Positions 1 to 9,856 of a stretch of DNA of 32,000 nucleotides are shown here, in pieces; the first letter of the stretch is position 1; each line of letters begins with the position of its first letter. The notes below the pieces were generated by a model that saw only the letters and a list, made by a program, of their open reading frames with translations, had not been told where the DNA came from and did no database searches. This DNA is from Candidatus Saccharimonadota bacterium (GTDB taxonomy: Bacteria > Bacteroidota > Bacteroidia > Flavobacteriales > Blattabacteriaceae), in assembly GCF_014252315.1 (NCBI RefSeq), contig NZ_CP059216.1, forward strand, positions 448,038 through 480,037. The letters are read 5' to 3'. Position numbers and translations under genes: made by a program.

Positions 1-57
1 AAGTAATACATCATCAAAAGTTAAAGCTTCTTTTAAGATCTTTTTGTTTGAAGACAT
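1..57 (-). CDS. guaB: IMP dehydrogenase, 5' end only (the gene continues beyond the window start)
   Basis: The reverse complement of 1-57 reads ATG TCT TCA ... = MSSNKKILKEALTFDDVLL. ALTFDDVLL(VP) is the characteristic IMPDH N-terminus. The ATG is the complement of 55-57. Only 19 codons are visible. Confidence 0.8.
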   Translation of the reverse strand, partial: MSSNKKILKEALTFDDVLL

Positions 58-70
58 AATTTTTTGTTTT

Positions 71-100
71 ATTAATTGATTCAATATTAATTGATTAAAT
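71..100. repeat. 15-bp tandem direct repeat x2 (attaattgattcaat / attaattgattaaat, 14/15 identical) just upstream of the guaB start
   Basis: Read directly from the sequence. Function is unknown, and such a repeat could arise by chance in AT-rich DNA. Confidence 0.5.
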
Positions 101-222
101 AACGTAAAAATTAATTTATAATATTCTTATTATCAATATAAAAATAAAAATTGTAGATTTGTTTTTCATTAATAATGAAAAAAGACAAATAATCATATAT
201 TTTTTCATTTCAAATTTTTATA

Positions 223-230
223 TAAATTTG
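223..230 (+). promoter_or_regulatory. Candidate Bacteroidota-type -7 promoter element (TAAATTTG, consensus TAnnTTTG)
   Basis: Motif match 36 nt upstream of the ATG at 266. This is a motif match only. Confidence 0.3.
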
Positions 231-265
231 TCCATAATGTGTAACAATTGAAATATTATTTGATT

Positions 266-565
266 ATGATGAAAAAATTAAGATTTACTGTTACTACAAT
301 TTTTTTGTTAGCTATGTTTTTGCTAACTATTGGTTGTAATAATAAAAATAAAAACAATGAGAATAATTCTTCTGCAACAGAAGAAGAAAAACCATCTAAT
401 GGAAATGAAAATCCAACAGATTCACAATCTTCTACAAATATACCTCCTTCTACTCCTGGAGAAGAGTCTTCAAAAAATAATAATGAAGAAAATAATGGGA
501 TAACATCTGATAAAGATAAAATAACAAATTCTGAAGATAGCGAAAAAAAAGTAACAGATAATTAA
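266..565 (+). CDS. Small putative lipoprotein, low-complexity and probably disordered, with no recognisable family
   Basis: This is the ORF-track entry 248..565. I prefer the ATG at 266, which gives MMKKLRFTVTTIFLLAMFLLTIGC. That N-terminus has basic residues, a hydrophobic h-region and a lipobox-like TIGC. The mature part is rich in N/E/S/K/P/T and has no hydrophobic core. A hairpin terminator follows the stop. Confidence 0.6.
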   Translation: MMKKLRFTVTTIFLLAMFLLTIGCNNKNKNNENNSSATEEEKPSNGNENPTDSQSSTNIPPSTPGEESSKNNNEENNGITSDKDKITNSEDSEKKVTDN

Positions 566-574
566 TATATATTA

Positions 575-652
575 AGCAAAAAAAGGTATATTACATTACA
601 AATAAGGAGTATATCTATTATGTAATATTTCGTATTAAATCCTTTTTTTGCT
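575..652. terminator. Bidirectional intrinsic-terminator-like hairpin between the convergent lipoprotein and rplS genes
   Basis: The outer arms are a perfect 12-bp pair: agcaaaaaaagg (575-586) and cctttttttgct (641-652). A nested 9-bp stem pairs atattacat (588-596) with atgtaatat (620-628). A T-rich tract follows on the + strand. The structure lies 10 nt after the + gene stop and 3 nt after the rplS stop. Confidence 0.55.
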
Positions 653-654
653 TT

Positions 655-1005
655 TTATTGATTTTTAATTTTTGCTTTTTTTCCTTTTAATTTTCTTATA
701 TAATATATTTTAGATCTTCTTACTTTTCCTTTTTTATTTATATCTATTTTTATTATGTTTGGTTGATTTATTGGAAATAAACGTTCAACTCCTATTCCAG
801 AACTATATTTTCTAACAGTAAATGTTTTTATTAATCCATTTCCTTGTTTTTTAATTACTACTCCTCTAAAAGATTGAATTCTTTTTTTATTTCCCTCTTT
901 AATTTCAAAAAATATAGTAATTGTATATCCTGATTTAAATAAAGGAAAATTATTTTTCTTATTGAAAGTATTATTTACATAATCTAAAATCTTTCTATTG
1001 AACAT
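655..1005 (-). CDS. rplS: 50S ribosomal protein L19
   Basis: The 116-aa basic protein contains FRGVVIKKQGNGLIKTFTVRK...GVERLFPINQPNI, which is typical of L19. It has an ATG start. Confidence 0.96.
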   Translation of the reverse strand: MFNRKILDYVNNTFNKKNNFPLFKSGYTITIFFEIKEGNKKRIQSFRGVVIKKQGNGLIKTFTVRKYSSGIGVERLFPINQPNIIKIDINKKGKVRRSKIYYIRKLKGKKAKIKNQ

Positions 1006-1006
1006 A

Positions 1007-2398
1007 TTAAATAATTTTTTTTATATCATTTATTATTCCATTAGTTAAATAATTAGCTCTATTATTTGATATATGACTTTCTGAATATATCCTAATAATA
1101 TTTTCAGTATTAGACTTTCTTATATGTATCCACTCATTATTCATAAAATTTATTTTAATACCATCATTAACGTTTATTTTTTCTTTTTTATATTTTTTTT
1201 TTATATTTTCTATAAATTTTTTATAACAAAATGATAACCGTATTTTTTTTTTAGACATAAAAGATATAGGATATAACTTTTTTAAATTTGATAAAGATAT
1301 ACAATTTAATTTGGATAAATAAGACAAAAATAACGCTATTCCAATTAAAGCATCTCTTCCATAACGTAATTTTGGGTATATAATACCTCCATTTCCTTCT
1401 CCTCCAATAATTGCATTTACTTTTTTCATTTGTTTTACTACGTTTACTTCTCCTACAGGAGAAGTGTAAAATGGAACTTTATTTTTTAAAGATATATATT
1501 CTAATATATTAGATGATGATAACGTGGAAACAACAGGCCCTTTTTCATTTTTTAGTATATAATCAACAATAGATATTAAGGTATATTCTTCTCCAAAAAA
1601 TGCCCCATTTTCACATATAAAAACTACTCTATCTACATCTGGATCTACAGATATTCCTAAATTTGCTTTTTCAGACAAAACTTTTTTACAAATCTCTTTT
1701 AAATTTTTCTTTATAGGTTCAGGATTTCGTTTAAAGTTACCATCAGGATTACAATGTATTTTTATAACATTAATTCCTAATTTTTTAAGTAGAATTGGTA
1801 CAGCTATTCCTCCTGTTGAATTTATTCCATCTACTACTATTTTAAGTTTACATTTTTTTATATTTTCTTTATCTATAATAGGTAATGATAATATTTTATT
1901 AATATGTTTATTAATATAATCTTTCTTATAAAAAATTTTTCCTAATTTTTTATAAGAAACGAATTTAAAATATTTTTTTTTTATAATTCTAAATAAAGAT
2001 TTAATTTCTATTGAAGATAAAAATTCTCCATAATAATTAAATAATTTCAATCCATTCCAATTTTTTGGATTATGACTAGCAGTAATCATAATACCTCCTA
2101 ATACATTTTCATTTAAAATTGCAAATCCAATTGTAGGAGTAGTAGATAATCCTATATCTAGGATATTAATACCTGAACTTTTAATTGTTGATGAAATCAA
2201 TTTATGAAACATTTCAGATGTTGATCTTCCATCTATTCCTAATAGAATAATATTTTTATTTCTGTATAGTTTACTACGATTTTTTATCCAATATGCATAT
2301 CCAGATATAATTTTAACTACATCTATTGGAGATAAACATTTTCCTACTAATCCACCTATAGTTCCTCTTATTCCAGATGAAGATTTTACAATAACCAA
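1007..2398 (-). CDS. glmM: Phosphoglucosamine mutase (alpha-D-phosphohexomutase family)
   Basis: The protein has the phosphoserine loop TASHNPKNWNGLK, the Mg loop SVDPDVDRV and the sugar loop GGEGNGG. Assigning it to GlmM rather than another phosphohexomutase is inference. The only possible start is TTG at 2398, because an in-frame stop lies at 2411-2413. Confidence 0.85.
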   Translation of the reverse strand: MVIVKSSSGIRGTIGGLVGKCLSPIDVVKIISGYAYWIKNRSKLYRNKNIILLGIDGRSTSEMFHKLISSTIKSSGINILDIGLSTTPTIGFAILNENVLGGIMITASHNPKNWNGLKLFNYYGEFLSSIEIKSLFRIIKKKYFKFVSYKKLGKIFYKKDYINKHINKILSLPIIDKENIKKCKLKIVVDGINSTGGIAVPILLKKLGINVIKIHCNPDGNFKRNPEPIKKNLKEICKKVLSEKANLGISVDPDVDRVVFICENGAFFGEEYTLISIVDYILKNEKGPVVSTLSSSNILEYISLKNKVPFYTSPVGEVNVVKQMKKVNAIIGGEGNGGIIYPKLRYGRDALIGIALFLSYLSKLNCISLSNLKKLYPISFMSKKKIRLSFCYKKFIENIKKKYKKEKINVNDGIKINFMNNEWIHIRKSNTENIIRIYSESHISNNRANYLTNGIINDIKKII

Positions 2399-2416
2399 AC
2401 GTAAATTTTTTTAGTG

Positions 2417-2432
2417 CAAAAGTACAAAATTA
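2417..2432 (-). promoter_or_regulatory. Two adjacent candidate -7 boxes on the minus strand (TACTTTTG and TAATTTTG) upstream of glmM
   Basis: The reverse complement of 2417-2424 is tacttttg and that of 2425-2432 is taattttg. Both match the Bacteroidota TAnnTTTG consensus, about 19-27 nt upstream of the glmM TTG start. This is a motif match only. Confidence 0.3.
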
Positions 2433-2480
2433 AATTTTGATTTAATTAAAAATTAATTATATAAAATATATATATTTTTT

Positions 2481-4067
2481 TTAATTAAAATCAAAATTAT
2501 CTTCATCTAAATTTAGATTATCATTATAATTTATTTTATTTATTTTTTCTTCGTTTTTATGAGATAAAGGTGGATATATTATATTATTTTTTTCATTTTC
2601 TATTACATTTTTTTTTTCATTTTCTATTACATTTTTTTTATAATCTTCATCCCAACTTAATGAAGTTGATTTATTATATATAATATTTTTAAATTTAGAT
2701 TTTGATCCTATAAACTCTAATCTAAATTTATCTAATCCACCATTTCTATGTTTAGATATTATTATTTCTGCTTGTCCAATACAAGAATCATTTTTGTCAT
2801 CATTATCCCATATTCTGAATCCATAGTATTCTGGTCTATAAATAAATAATACTATATCTGCATCTTGTTCTATAGCTCCAGATTCTCTTAAATCAGATAA
2901 TAAAGGTCTTTTACTTCCTCCTCTTGTTTCTACTGCTCTAGATAATTGAGACAATGCAATTATAGGAATATCTAATTCTTTAGCTAAAGATTTTAAATTT
3001 CTAGATATAACAGATATTTCCTGTTCTCTGTTATGAAATGATTTAGTTACATAACTATGAGAAGTAATTCCCATTAATTGCATATAATCTACTAATATTA
3101 ATTTTATTCCATATTGAGAAATTAAATAACGACATTTAGCACGTAAATCAAATATAGATAAAGATGGAGTATCATCTATAAACAAAGGTGATTTCTTTAG
3201 TCTTTTTGTTTCATTGCACAACAAATTCCATTCTAAATCTGATAAACTAGCTCTTTTAATTTTATCTAAAGGAATTTCTGTTTCCGATGAAATAAGTTTT
3301 GTAACCAATTGAATAGAAGACATTTCTAATGAAAAAATTACAGCAGGTATTTTTTGTTTAATTACTATATTTCTAACCATGGATAACATGAAAGTTGTTT
3401 TTCCCATTCCTGGCCTAGAAGCAATTATAATTAAATCAGAATTTTGCCATCCAGATGTTATATAATCTAATTTATGATATCCAGATGATATTCCACTTAA
3501 TCCTTCTTTTTTAGTATTTTTAATTTTATTAATAGCTTTATCAACAAGAAATTGAATTGATTCAAATTCTTTTTTAATCAAGAATTTTTGATTTATATTA
3601 AAAATTTTTGATTCTGCATAATCCAATAAATTAAAAACATCTATATTTTTATCATAACATTTACTTACTATTTCAGAAGATATTTTTATAAGTTCTCTTA
3701 AAATAAATTTATGAAGAATTATTTTACTATGATATTTTATATGAGCAGAAGAAATTACTTTTTGTGTTAATTCTATTAAATATAGTTCTCCTCCTACAAA
3801 ATTTAATTTGTCACTTTTTTGTAATTCGTCTAATACAGTATAAAGATCTACTGGTTTAGAATTATCATATAATTTACGTATAGCTATATATATATATTTA
3901 TGTTCTTTTTTATAAAAAACATCTGGAAAAATTAAGTTTACAATCTCATCTAATCCTTTTCTATCAATTAGTATTGCACCTATAATAGCCTCTTCTATTT
4001 CTATTGATTGAGGTGGAATTTTTCCAATTATTTTTTCTTCATTAAATAAATTATTTTTATATTTCAT
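2481..4067 (-). CDS. dnaB: Replicative DNA helicase DnaB
   Basis: The protein has the Walker A motif [12 protein letters not shown], plus IIALSQLSR and [14 protein letters not shown]. It ends in a low-complexity tail of about 60 aa. It has an ATG start. Confidence 0.97.
   Translation of the reverse strand: MKYKNNLFNEEKIIGKIPPQSIEIEEAIIGAILIDRKGLDEIVNLIFPDVFYKKEHKYIYIAIRKLYDNSKPVDLYTVLDELQKSDKLNFVGGELYLIELTQKVISSAHIKYHSKIILHKFILRELIKISSEIVSKCYDKNIDVFNLLDYAESKIFNINQKFLIKKEFESIQFLVDKAINKIKNTKKEGLSGISSGYHKLDYITSGWQNSDLIIIASRPGMGKTTFMLSMVRNIVIKQKIPAVIFSLEMSSIQLVTKLISSETEIPLDKIKRASLSDLEWNLLCNETKRLKKSPLFIDDTPSLSIFDLRAKCRYLISQYGIKLILVDYMQLMGITSHSYVTKSFHNREQEISVISRNLKSLAKELDIPIIALSQLSRAVETRGGSKRPLLSDLRESGAIEQDADIVLFIYRPEYYGFRIWDNDDKNDSCIGQAEIIISKHRNGGLDKFRLEFIGSKSKFKNIIYNKSTSLSWDEDYKKNVIENEKKNVIENEKNNIIYPPLSHKNEEKINKINYNDNLNLDEDNFDFN
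2587..2639. repeat. 24-bp perfect tandem duplication (2.2 copies) inside the dnaB 3' end
   Basis: Positions x and x+24 are identical for x = 2587-2615. The repeat encodes [16 protein letters not shown] in the DnaB C-terminal tail and keeps the reading frame. Confidence 0.9.
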
Positions 4068-5029
4068 ATATTGTAATCTTCAAAAACTCCCATAGAAATA
4101 TATTTATTTTTTCTATATCTAACAATTGAATCTATACTAATAGAAGATAACTCTTTATAATATTTAATTATTTTTTTTTTCACTAATTTAAATGTTTTTT
4201 TAGGAAAAAAATGAGCACCACCTAATGGTTCTTTTATTATATCATCTATAAGATTTAATTTAAACATATCATTTGCAGTTAATTTTAATGCATCTGCTGA
4301 TTCTTTTTTTTTACTCCAATTTCCCCAAATTATTGTAGAACAACTTTCAGGAGAAATAACAGAATACCATGTATTTTCCATCATAGAAACTTTGTCGCCT
4401 ATTCCAATTCCTAAAGCTCCACCACTTGCTCCTTCTCCAATAACTATAACAATAATGGGAACTTTTAAAGACATCATTTCATAAATATTTCTACCAATAG
4501 CTTCTCCTTGACCTCTTTTTTCAGCATCAATTCCAGGAAAAGCGCCTGGAGTATCTATAAAAGTAATTATTGGTTTTTTAAACTTTTCTGCTAATTTCAT
4601 AAGACGTAAGGCTTTTCTATATCCTTCTGGATTAGGCATTCCAAATCTTCTATATTGTCTATCTTTTGTATTTCTTCCCTTTTGTGTTCCTATTAACATA
4701 AAAATATTATTATCTATAATTCCAAATCCTCCAACCATTGCTTTATCATCTCCAAAATTACGATCTCCATGTAATTCTATAAATGAATCTTTTTTAGTTA
4801 TAGAATAAATATAATCTAAAGTATATGGTCTATTAGGATGTCTAGATAATTGAACTCTTTGCCATGGAGTTAAATTATTATGAATTTTTTTAATAGTATT
4901 TTCTAATTTACATTTCAATTGAGAACATATATTTTTCATATCAACTCCAATTTTTTTTTCTATAATAATACAATTAATATATTGATCTTGAATTTCTTGT
5001 ATTGGTTTTTCAAAATCCAAATACTCCAT
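4064..5029 (-). CDS. accA: Acetyl-CoA carboxylase carboxyltransferase alpha subunit
   Basis: The 321-aa protein contains [18 protein letters not shown] and [12 protein letters not shown]. It overlaps the dnaB start by 4 nt (ATGA). Confidence 0.96.
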   Translation of the reverse strand: MEYLDFEKPIQEIQDQYINCIIIEKKIGVDMKNICSQLKCKLENTIKKIHNNLTPWQRVQLSRHPNRPYTLDYIYSITKKDSFIELHGDRNFGDDKAMVGGFGIIDNNIFMLIGTQKGRNTKDRQYRRFGMPNPEGYRKALRLMKLAEKFKKPIITFIDTPGAFPGIDAEKRGQGEAIGRNIYEMMSLKVPIIVIVIGEGASGGALGIGIGDKVSMMENTWYSVISPESCSTIIWGNWSKKKESADALKLTANDMFKLNLIDDIIKEPLGGAHFFPKKTFKLVKKKIIKYYKELSSISIDSIVRYRKNKYISMGVFEDYNI

Positions 5030-5040
5030 AAATATAATAT

Positions 5041-5799
5041 TTAAATAAATGATTTTATATATTCTTTATTTAAAATAGAAATATATTCTGTAGATATTCC
5101 TTTTGGACATTCTATTTCACATGCTTTAGTATTTGTACAACTACCAAATCCTTCTTCATCCATTTTATTTACCATATTTATTACTCTATCTTTTCTCTCT
5201 ATTTTTCCTTGAGGTAAAAAAGAAAATTGAGAAACTTTTGATGAAACAAATAACATAGCAGATTTATTTTTACATGCAGCAACACAAGCTCCACAACCAA
5301 TACATGAAGCTGCATCAAAAGATTTTTCTGATAAATCCTTTGAAATAAGAATAGAATTTCCATCTATACTTTTACCAAAAGTATTTACAGAAATAAATCC
5401 TCCTGAAATAATAATTCTATCAAAAGCTGATCTATCTACAATAAGATCTTTAATTACAGGAAAAGACTTTGCCCTCCAAGGTTCTACAATAATAGTATCT
5501 CCATTATTAAATTTTCTCATATGTAATTGACAAGTTGTAATTAATTTGTCTGGACCATGTGCCCTTCCATTTATATATAAAGAACACATTCCACAAATAC
5601 CTTCTCTACAATCATGATCAAACGATATAGGTTCATCATTATTTTTAGAAATGATAATTTCATTATTTATAATATCTAACATTTCTAAAAAAGAACAATT
5701 AGGAGATATGTTTCTTACATTATATGTTTTAAATTTTCCTTTTTCTTTATTATCTTTTTGTCTCCAAATATTTAATTTAAAATTAAGAAGTTTTTCCAT
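5041..5799 (-). CDS. sdhB: Succinate dehydrogenase/fumarate reductase iron-sulfur subunit
   Basis: The cluster ligand motifs [20 protein letters not shown] and [15 protein letters not shown] are present. Confidence 0.95.
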   Translation of the reverse strand: MEKLLNFKLNIWRQKDNKEKGKFKTYNVRNISPNCSFLEMLDIINNEIIISKNNDEPISFDHDCREGICGMCSLYINGRAHGPDKLITTCQLHMRKFNNGDTIIVEPWRAKSFPVIKDLIVDRSAFDRIIISGGFISVNTFGKSIDGNSILISKDLSEKSFDAASCIGCGACVAACKNKSAMLFVSSKVSQFSFLPQGKIERKDRVINMVNKMDEEGFGSCTNTKACEIECPKGISTEYISILNKEYIKSFI

Positions 5800-5810
5800 A
5801 ACAAATATTA

Positions 5811-7841
5811 TTATTTATAAGATCTTGTTTCTAATTTTAGAAAATTAAAATTTATATTTTCTTTATACATTATTGATTTATCAACTGATTTGTTATGTTC
5901 CCATACAGATACATATTGATAATTTTTGTCATCACGAAGAGCTTCTCCTTCTTTTGTTTGATATTCTTCTCTAAAATGACTTCCACAAGATTCTTTTCTA
6001 TTTAAAGCATCCATTGCCATTAATTCACTTAAATATAAAAAATCCGATACTCTCATAGCTTTTTCTAATTCTGGGTTTAATCCATATTTGTTACCAGGAA
6101 CAAAAACATTTTTCCAAAATTCTTTTCGTATTTCTTTTATAATTTTTATAGATTTAATTAATCCTATACCTGTTCTACTCATTCCAATATATTTCCACAT
6201 AACATTTCCCAATTTTTTATGAAAAAAATCAACAGGAGTTTTACCTTTATTTTTTATAAAAAAATCAATTGAATCTTTTACTTTTTTTTCTGAATTTACA
6301 AATTGATTATGATTTATAGTTAATTTATTTGTTTCATTTATATTAACATATCTAGATAAATAATCTGTAATAGTATAAGGAAGTATAAAATATCCATCGG
6401 CTAATCCCTGCATTAAAGCAGAAGCTCCTAATCTATTTGATCCATGATCAGAAAAATTTGACTCTCCTATAACAAAACATCCAGGAATAGTAGACATTAA
6501 ATTATAATCAACCCAAATTCCTCCCATTGTATAATGAACAGAAGGATATATTTCCATAGGAACTTCATATGGATCTTCATTAGTAATTTTTTTATACATA
6601 TGAAATAAATTTCCATATTTAGATTCTAAAATAGATTTTCCTAAATTTTTAATTTTTAAACTATTTAATTCATTACCTAATCCTAATTCATTAGCTTTTT
6701 CTCTTCCATATTTGTATATTGAATGTTCAAAATCTAAAAAAACTCCTTCTCCATTTTCATTTTTTCCTATACCAAATCCTTTATCACAACGTTCTTTTAC
6801 GGCTCTAGAAGCTACATCTCTAGGTACTAAATTTCCGAATGAAGGATAACGTTTTTCCAAAAAATAATCTCTATTTTTTTCATCAATATCTTTAGAAGAT
6901 TTATATCCATTTCTTATAGAATTACAATCTTTTAAATATTTTGGTATCCATATTCTTCCATCATTACGTAATGATTCAGACATTAATGTTAATTTAGATT
7001 GATAATCTCCATGTGGAGGAATACATGTAGGATGAATTTGAGTAAAACAAGGATTAGCAAAAAAAGCACCTTTTTTATGAATTTTCCATATAGCACTTGC
7101 GTTAGATCCCATAGCATTAGTAGATAAAAAAAATATATTACCATATCCACCTGAAGCAATAACTACAGCATGAGAAATATGTTTTTCTATTTCTCCATTA
7201 ATTAAATTTCTAGCAATTATTCCTCTGGCTATTCCATCTATAACTACTATATCTAACATTTCATGCCTATTGAACATTTTTATTCTTCCTTTTCCTATTT
7301 GTCTAGACATTGAAGAATAACATCCTAATAATAATTGTTGACCTGTTTGACCTTTTGCATAAAAAGTTCTTGATACTTTTGTTCCTCCAAAAGATCTTGT
7401 ATCTAGATATCCAGCATAATCTCTTGCAAATGGAACTCCTTGTGCTACACATTGATCAATAATATCAGAAGATATTTCAGCTAAACGATATACATTAGAT
7501 TCTCTTGATCTAAAATCTCCACCTTTTATTGTATCACAAAAAAGTTGATATATAGAATCGTTATCAGATTTATAATTTTTAGAAGCGTTAATCCCTCCTT
7601 GTGCTGCTACTGAATGAGCTCTTCTAGGTGAATCTTGATAACAAAATGATTTAATATTATATCCTAATTCTGCTAATGTAGCTGAAGCAGAACTTCCAGC
7701 TAAGCCTGTTCCAACCACAATTATATCTAATTTATTTCTATTATTAGGTGATATTTTATTTAATGATTGTTTATAATTTTTCCATTTATTTGACAAATCT
7801 CCTGTTGGAATTTTTGAGTCAAATTTCAATAAATTTTTCAT
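5811..7841 (-). CDS. sdhA: Succinate dehydrogenase/fumarate reductase flavoprotein subunit
   Basis: The protein has the FAD fold [12 protein letters not shown], the flavin-attachment His in [14 protein letters not shown], and HYTMGG. At 676 aa it is the long Bacteroidota type. Confidence 0.96.
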   Translation of the reverse strand: MKNLLKFDSKIPTGDLSNKWKNYKQSLNKISPNNRNKLDIIVVGTGLAGSSASATLAELGYNIKSFCYQDSPRRAHSVAAQGGINASKNYKSDNDSIYQLFCDTIKGGDFRSRESNVYRLAEISSDIIDQCVAQGVPFARDYAGYLDTRSFGGTKVSRTFYAKGQTGQQLLLGCYSSMSRQIGKGRIKMFNRHEMLDIVVIDGIARGIIARNLINGEIEKHISHAVVIASGGYGNIFFLSTNAMGSNASAIWKIHKKGAFFANPCFTQIHPTCIPPHGDYQSKLTLMSESLRNDGRIWIPKYLKDCNSIRNGYKSSKDIDEKNRDYFLEKRYPSFGNLVPRDVASRAVKERCDKGFGIGKNENGEGVFLDFEHSIYKYGREKANELGLGNELNSLKIKNLGKSILESKYGNLFHMYKKITNEDPYEVPMEIYPSVHYTMGGIWVDYNLMSTIPGCFVIGESNFSDHGSNRLGASALMQGLADGYFILPYTITDYLSRYVNINETNKLTINHNQFVNSEKKVKDSIDFFIKNKGKTPVDFFHKKLGNVMWKYIGMSRTGIGLIKSIKIIKEIRKEFWKNVFVPGNKYGLNPELEKAMRVSDFLYLSELMAMDALNRKESCGSHFREEYQTKEGEALRDDKNYQYVSVWEHNKSVDKSIMYKENINFNFLKLETRSYK

Positions 7842-7843
7842 AA

Positions 7844-8497
7844 TTAATTAAAAAAAAACCAAATAGCAATAGTAGAAAATCCGATACTAATAAATAAAAA
7901 ATAGTAATATCCTATTTTTTTTATATAAATAATATTTTTATTATTAGACAATCCCAAAGATTGAAAAGAAGATTGAAATCCATGATTTAAATGAATTCCT
8001 AATATTATAAATGAAAAAATATAAATAAATGTATAAAAAGGATTTTTAAACAAGGAAGTAACTAAATTATAATCAGATATATGATGATATGTATTATATT
8101 TCATAGGAATAGTAAAATTTATTAAATGTAAAATCAAAAAACATAAAATTAAAATACCAGTAAATATCATTGAACGACTGCTAAATGATGTAATTGAATT
8201 TGAATTATTTATAGAATAATCAACTTTTCCTTTAACTTTTCTATTATGAAAATAAAGTTTAATTCCCATTAAAATATGTATAATAAAACCTAAAGCTAAA
8301 ATATATTCCATAATTCGTATAATGATATTTTTTTTCATAAAATAAACAGCATTATTAAATGATTCTTCTCCAAAAAAAAGAGAAAAATTTATACTTAAAT
8401 GTAACAGCAAAAATATCATAAGAAAAATTCCAGTAATACCTGAGATTAATTTTTTACCAATAGTAGATCTAAAAAACATTGAATAATTTATGTTCAC
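7844..8497 (-). CDS. sdhC: Succinate dehydrogenase cytochrome b subunit (single-subunit membrane anchor type)
   Basis: Several hydrophobic helices carry conserved His residues, and the gene sits immediately upstream of sdhA. The start is either GTG at 8497 (a GTGA overlap with the upstream stop) or ATG at 8479. The symbol is inferred from position. Confidence 0.85.
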   Translation of the reverse strand: MNINYSMFFRSTIGKKLISGITGIFLMIFLLLHLSINFSLFFGEESFNNAVYFMKKNIIIRIMEYILALGFIIHILMGIKLYFHNRKVKGKVDYSINNSNSITSFSSRSMIFTGILILCFLILHLINFTIPMKYNTYHHISDYNLVTSLFKNPFYTFIYIFSFIILGIHLNHGFQSSFQSLGLSNNKNIIYIKKIGYYYFLFISIGFSTIAIWFFFN

Positions 8498-9668
8498 TTT
8501 AAATATCTTTTTATTCTTTGTAAAGATTCAACTAACAAATCTATATCTTTTTTTTCATTAAATATTCCAAAAGAAACTCTTATAGGCATCATTTTTGTCA
8601 AAAAAAAATTATCCACAATTAATTTAATAACATGTGATATATTTTTCATAGAATTACTACATGCACTTCCTTTTGATACAGAAACACCCATCAAATCTAA
8701 ATGAAAATAAAGTAAATTATCAATTTTTTTTATTGGATATAAAAAATTTAATATAGTAGGAATACTTTTTTTACAATCAAATGAAAGTCCATTAAATATT
8801 ACGTTTGGAATATTATTTTTTAATTGTGATATGCAATATTTTTTTAATTTATATATTTTTTTTATATGATTTTTATCACACAATGATAATTGTATTGCTT
8901 TAGATATTCCAACTATTCCTGGAACATTTTCTGTTCCATTTCTAATTCCATATTCTTGATTTTCAAATATTTTATACTTTTGTTTACTATTAATTTCATT
9001 CAAAATATTTTTTCTTATAAAAATGAATCCAACTCCTTTTGGTCCATAAAATTTATGAGCACTTGCTGTAATAAAATCTATATTAAATTTTTTCATATCA
9101 ATTGGAAAATTTCCTACAAATTGAATTGTATCTGAATGAAAATATGCTCCATATTTTTTACATAAAAAAATTACCGTTTGTATATCAAATAACAAATTTC
9201 CAATTTCATTATTAGCATACATTAAAGTAACAAGAATTTTTTTTGAAGAAAATTTCTTCAAAATTTTTTCCATATGATCCATATCAATAATTCCATATTT
9301 ATCGAATTTAATAAAGCTTACAGATACATTATTTTTTTCAGATAAAATTGATAATGAATGTAAAATAGAATAATGTTCTAATTTAGATGTTAAAACATGT
9401 TTAACTCCCAATTTATAAAAAGATAAATTTAATACAAGGTTATTAGATTCAGTTCCACCAGAAGTAAAAATAATTTCATTTGGATAAGAATTAATACTAT
9501 TTGCTACACAAATTCTAGATTCTTCTATAACAGATCTAGCTTTTCTTCCATAACTATGTTGTAAAGAAGATGGATTTCCAAATGTATACCTCAAAGAGGT
9601 AACCATACTTTTTATTACCTCTTTTCTTATAGGAGTAGTAGATGCATTATCTAAATATGCACGTTTCA
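8494..9668 (-). CDS. Cysteine desulfurase, NifS/IscS-like (class I aminotransferase V fold)
   Basis: The protein starts MKRAYLDNASTTP and has the PLP-lysine motif SAHKFYGPKGVG and the catalytic loop SKGSACSN. I prefer the ATG at 9668 to the TTG at 9699 used by the ORF track. Confidence 0.9.
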
Positions 9669-9774
9669 TTGAAATAAAATTATTTTTAACAAATAACAAA
9701 AATAATGATTAATAAATTCAAATTCTTTTTATATAATTTTTAATTTATAAATTTCAACATAATTGTATAAAAAA

Positions 9775-9782
9775 TACATTTG
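9775..9782 (+). promoter_or_regulatory. Candidate -7 promoter element TACATTTG upstream of rny
   Basis: It matches TAnnTTTG 75 nt upstream of the rny ATG, in the 157-bp divergent intergenic region. This is a motif match only. Confidence 0.3.
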
Positions 9783-9856
9783 ATTTTATCATTAAATACT
9801 TAAATTTTTTCAATGTTTTTTAAAATGTATAATTTTTTTTAAATTAAATTAAGATT

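Noticed and set aside
5651-5848. 65-aa + strand ORF
   Set aside because: It lies antisense across the sdhB 5' end and the sdhA 3' end. The protein is low-complexity and Ile/Leu/Phe-rich, as expected from the reverse complement of AT-rich coding DNA, and has no motif.
8890-9135. 81-aa + strand ORF
   Set aside because: It lies entirely antisense within the cysteine desulfurase gene and has no recognisable motif. It is a shadow ORF.
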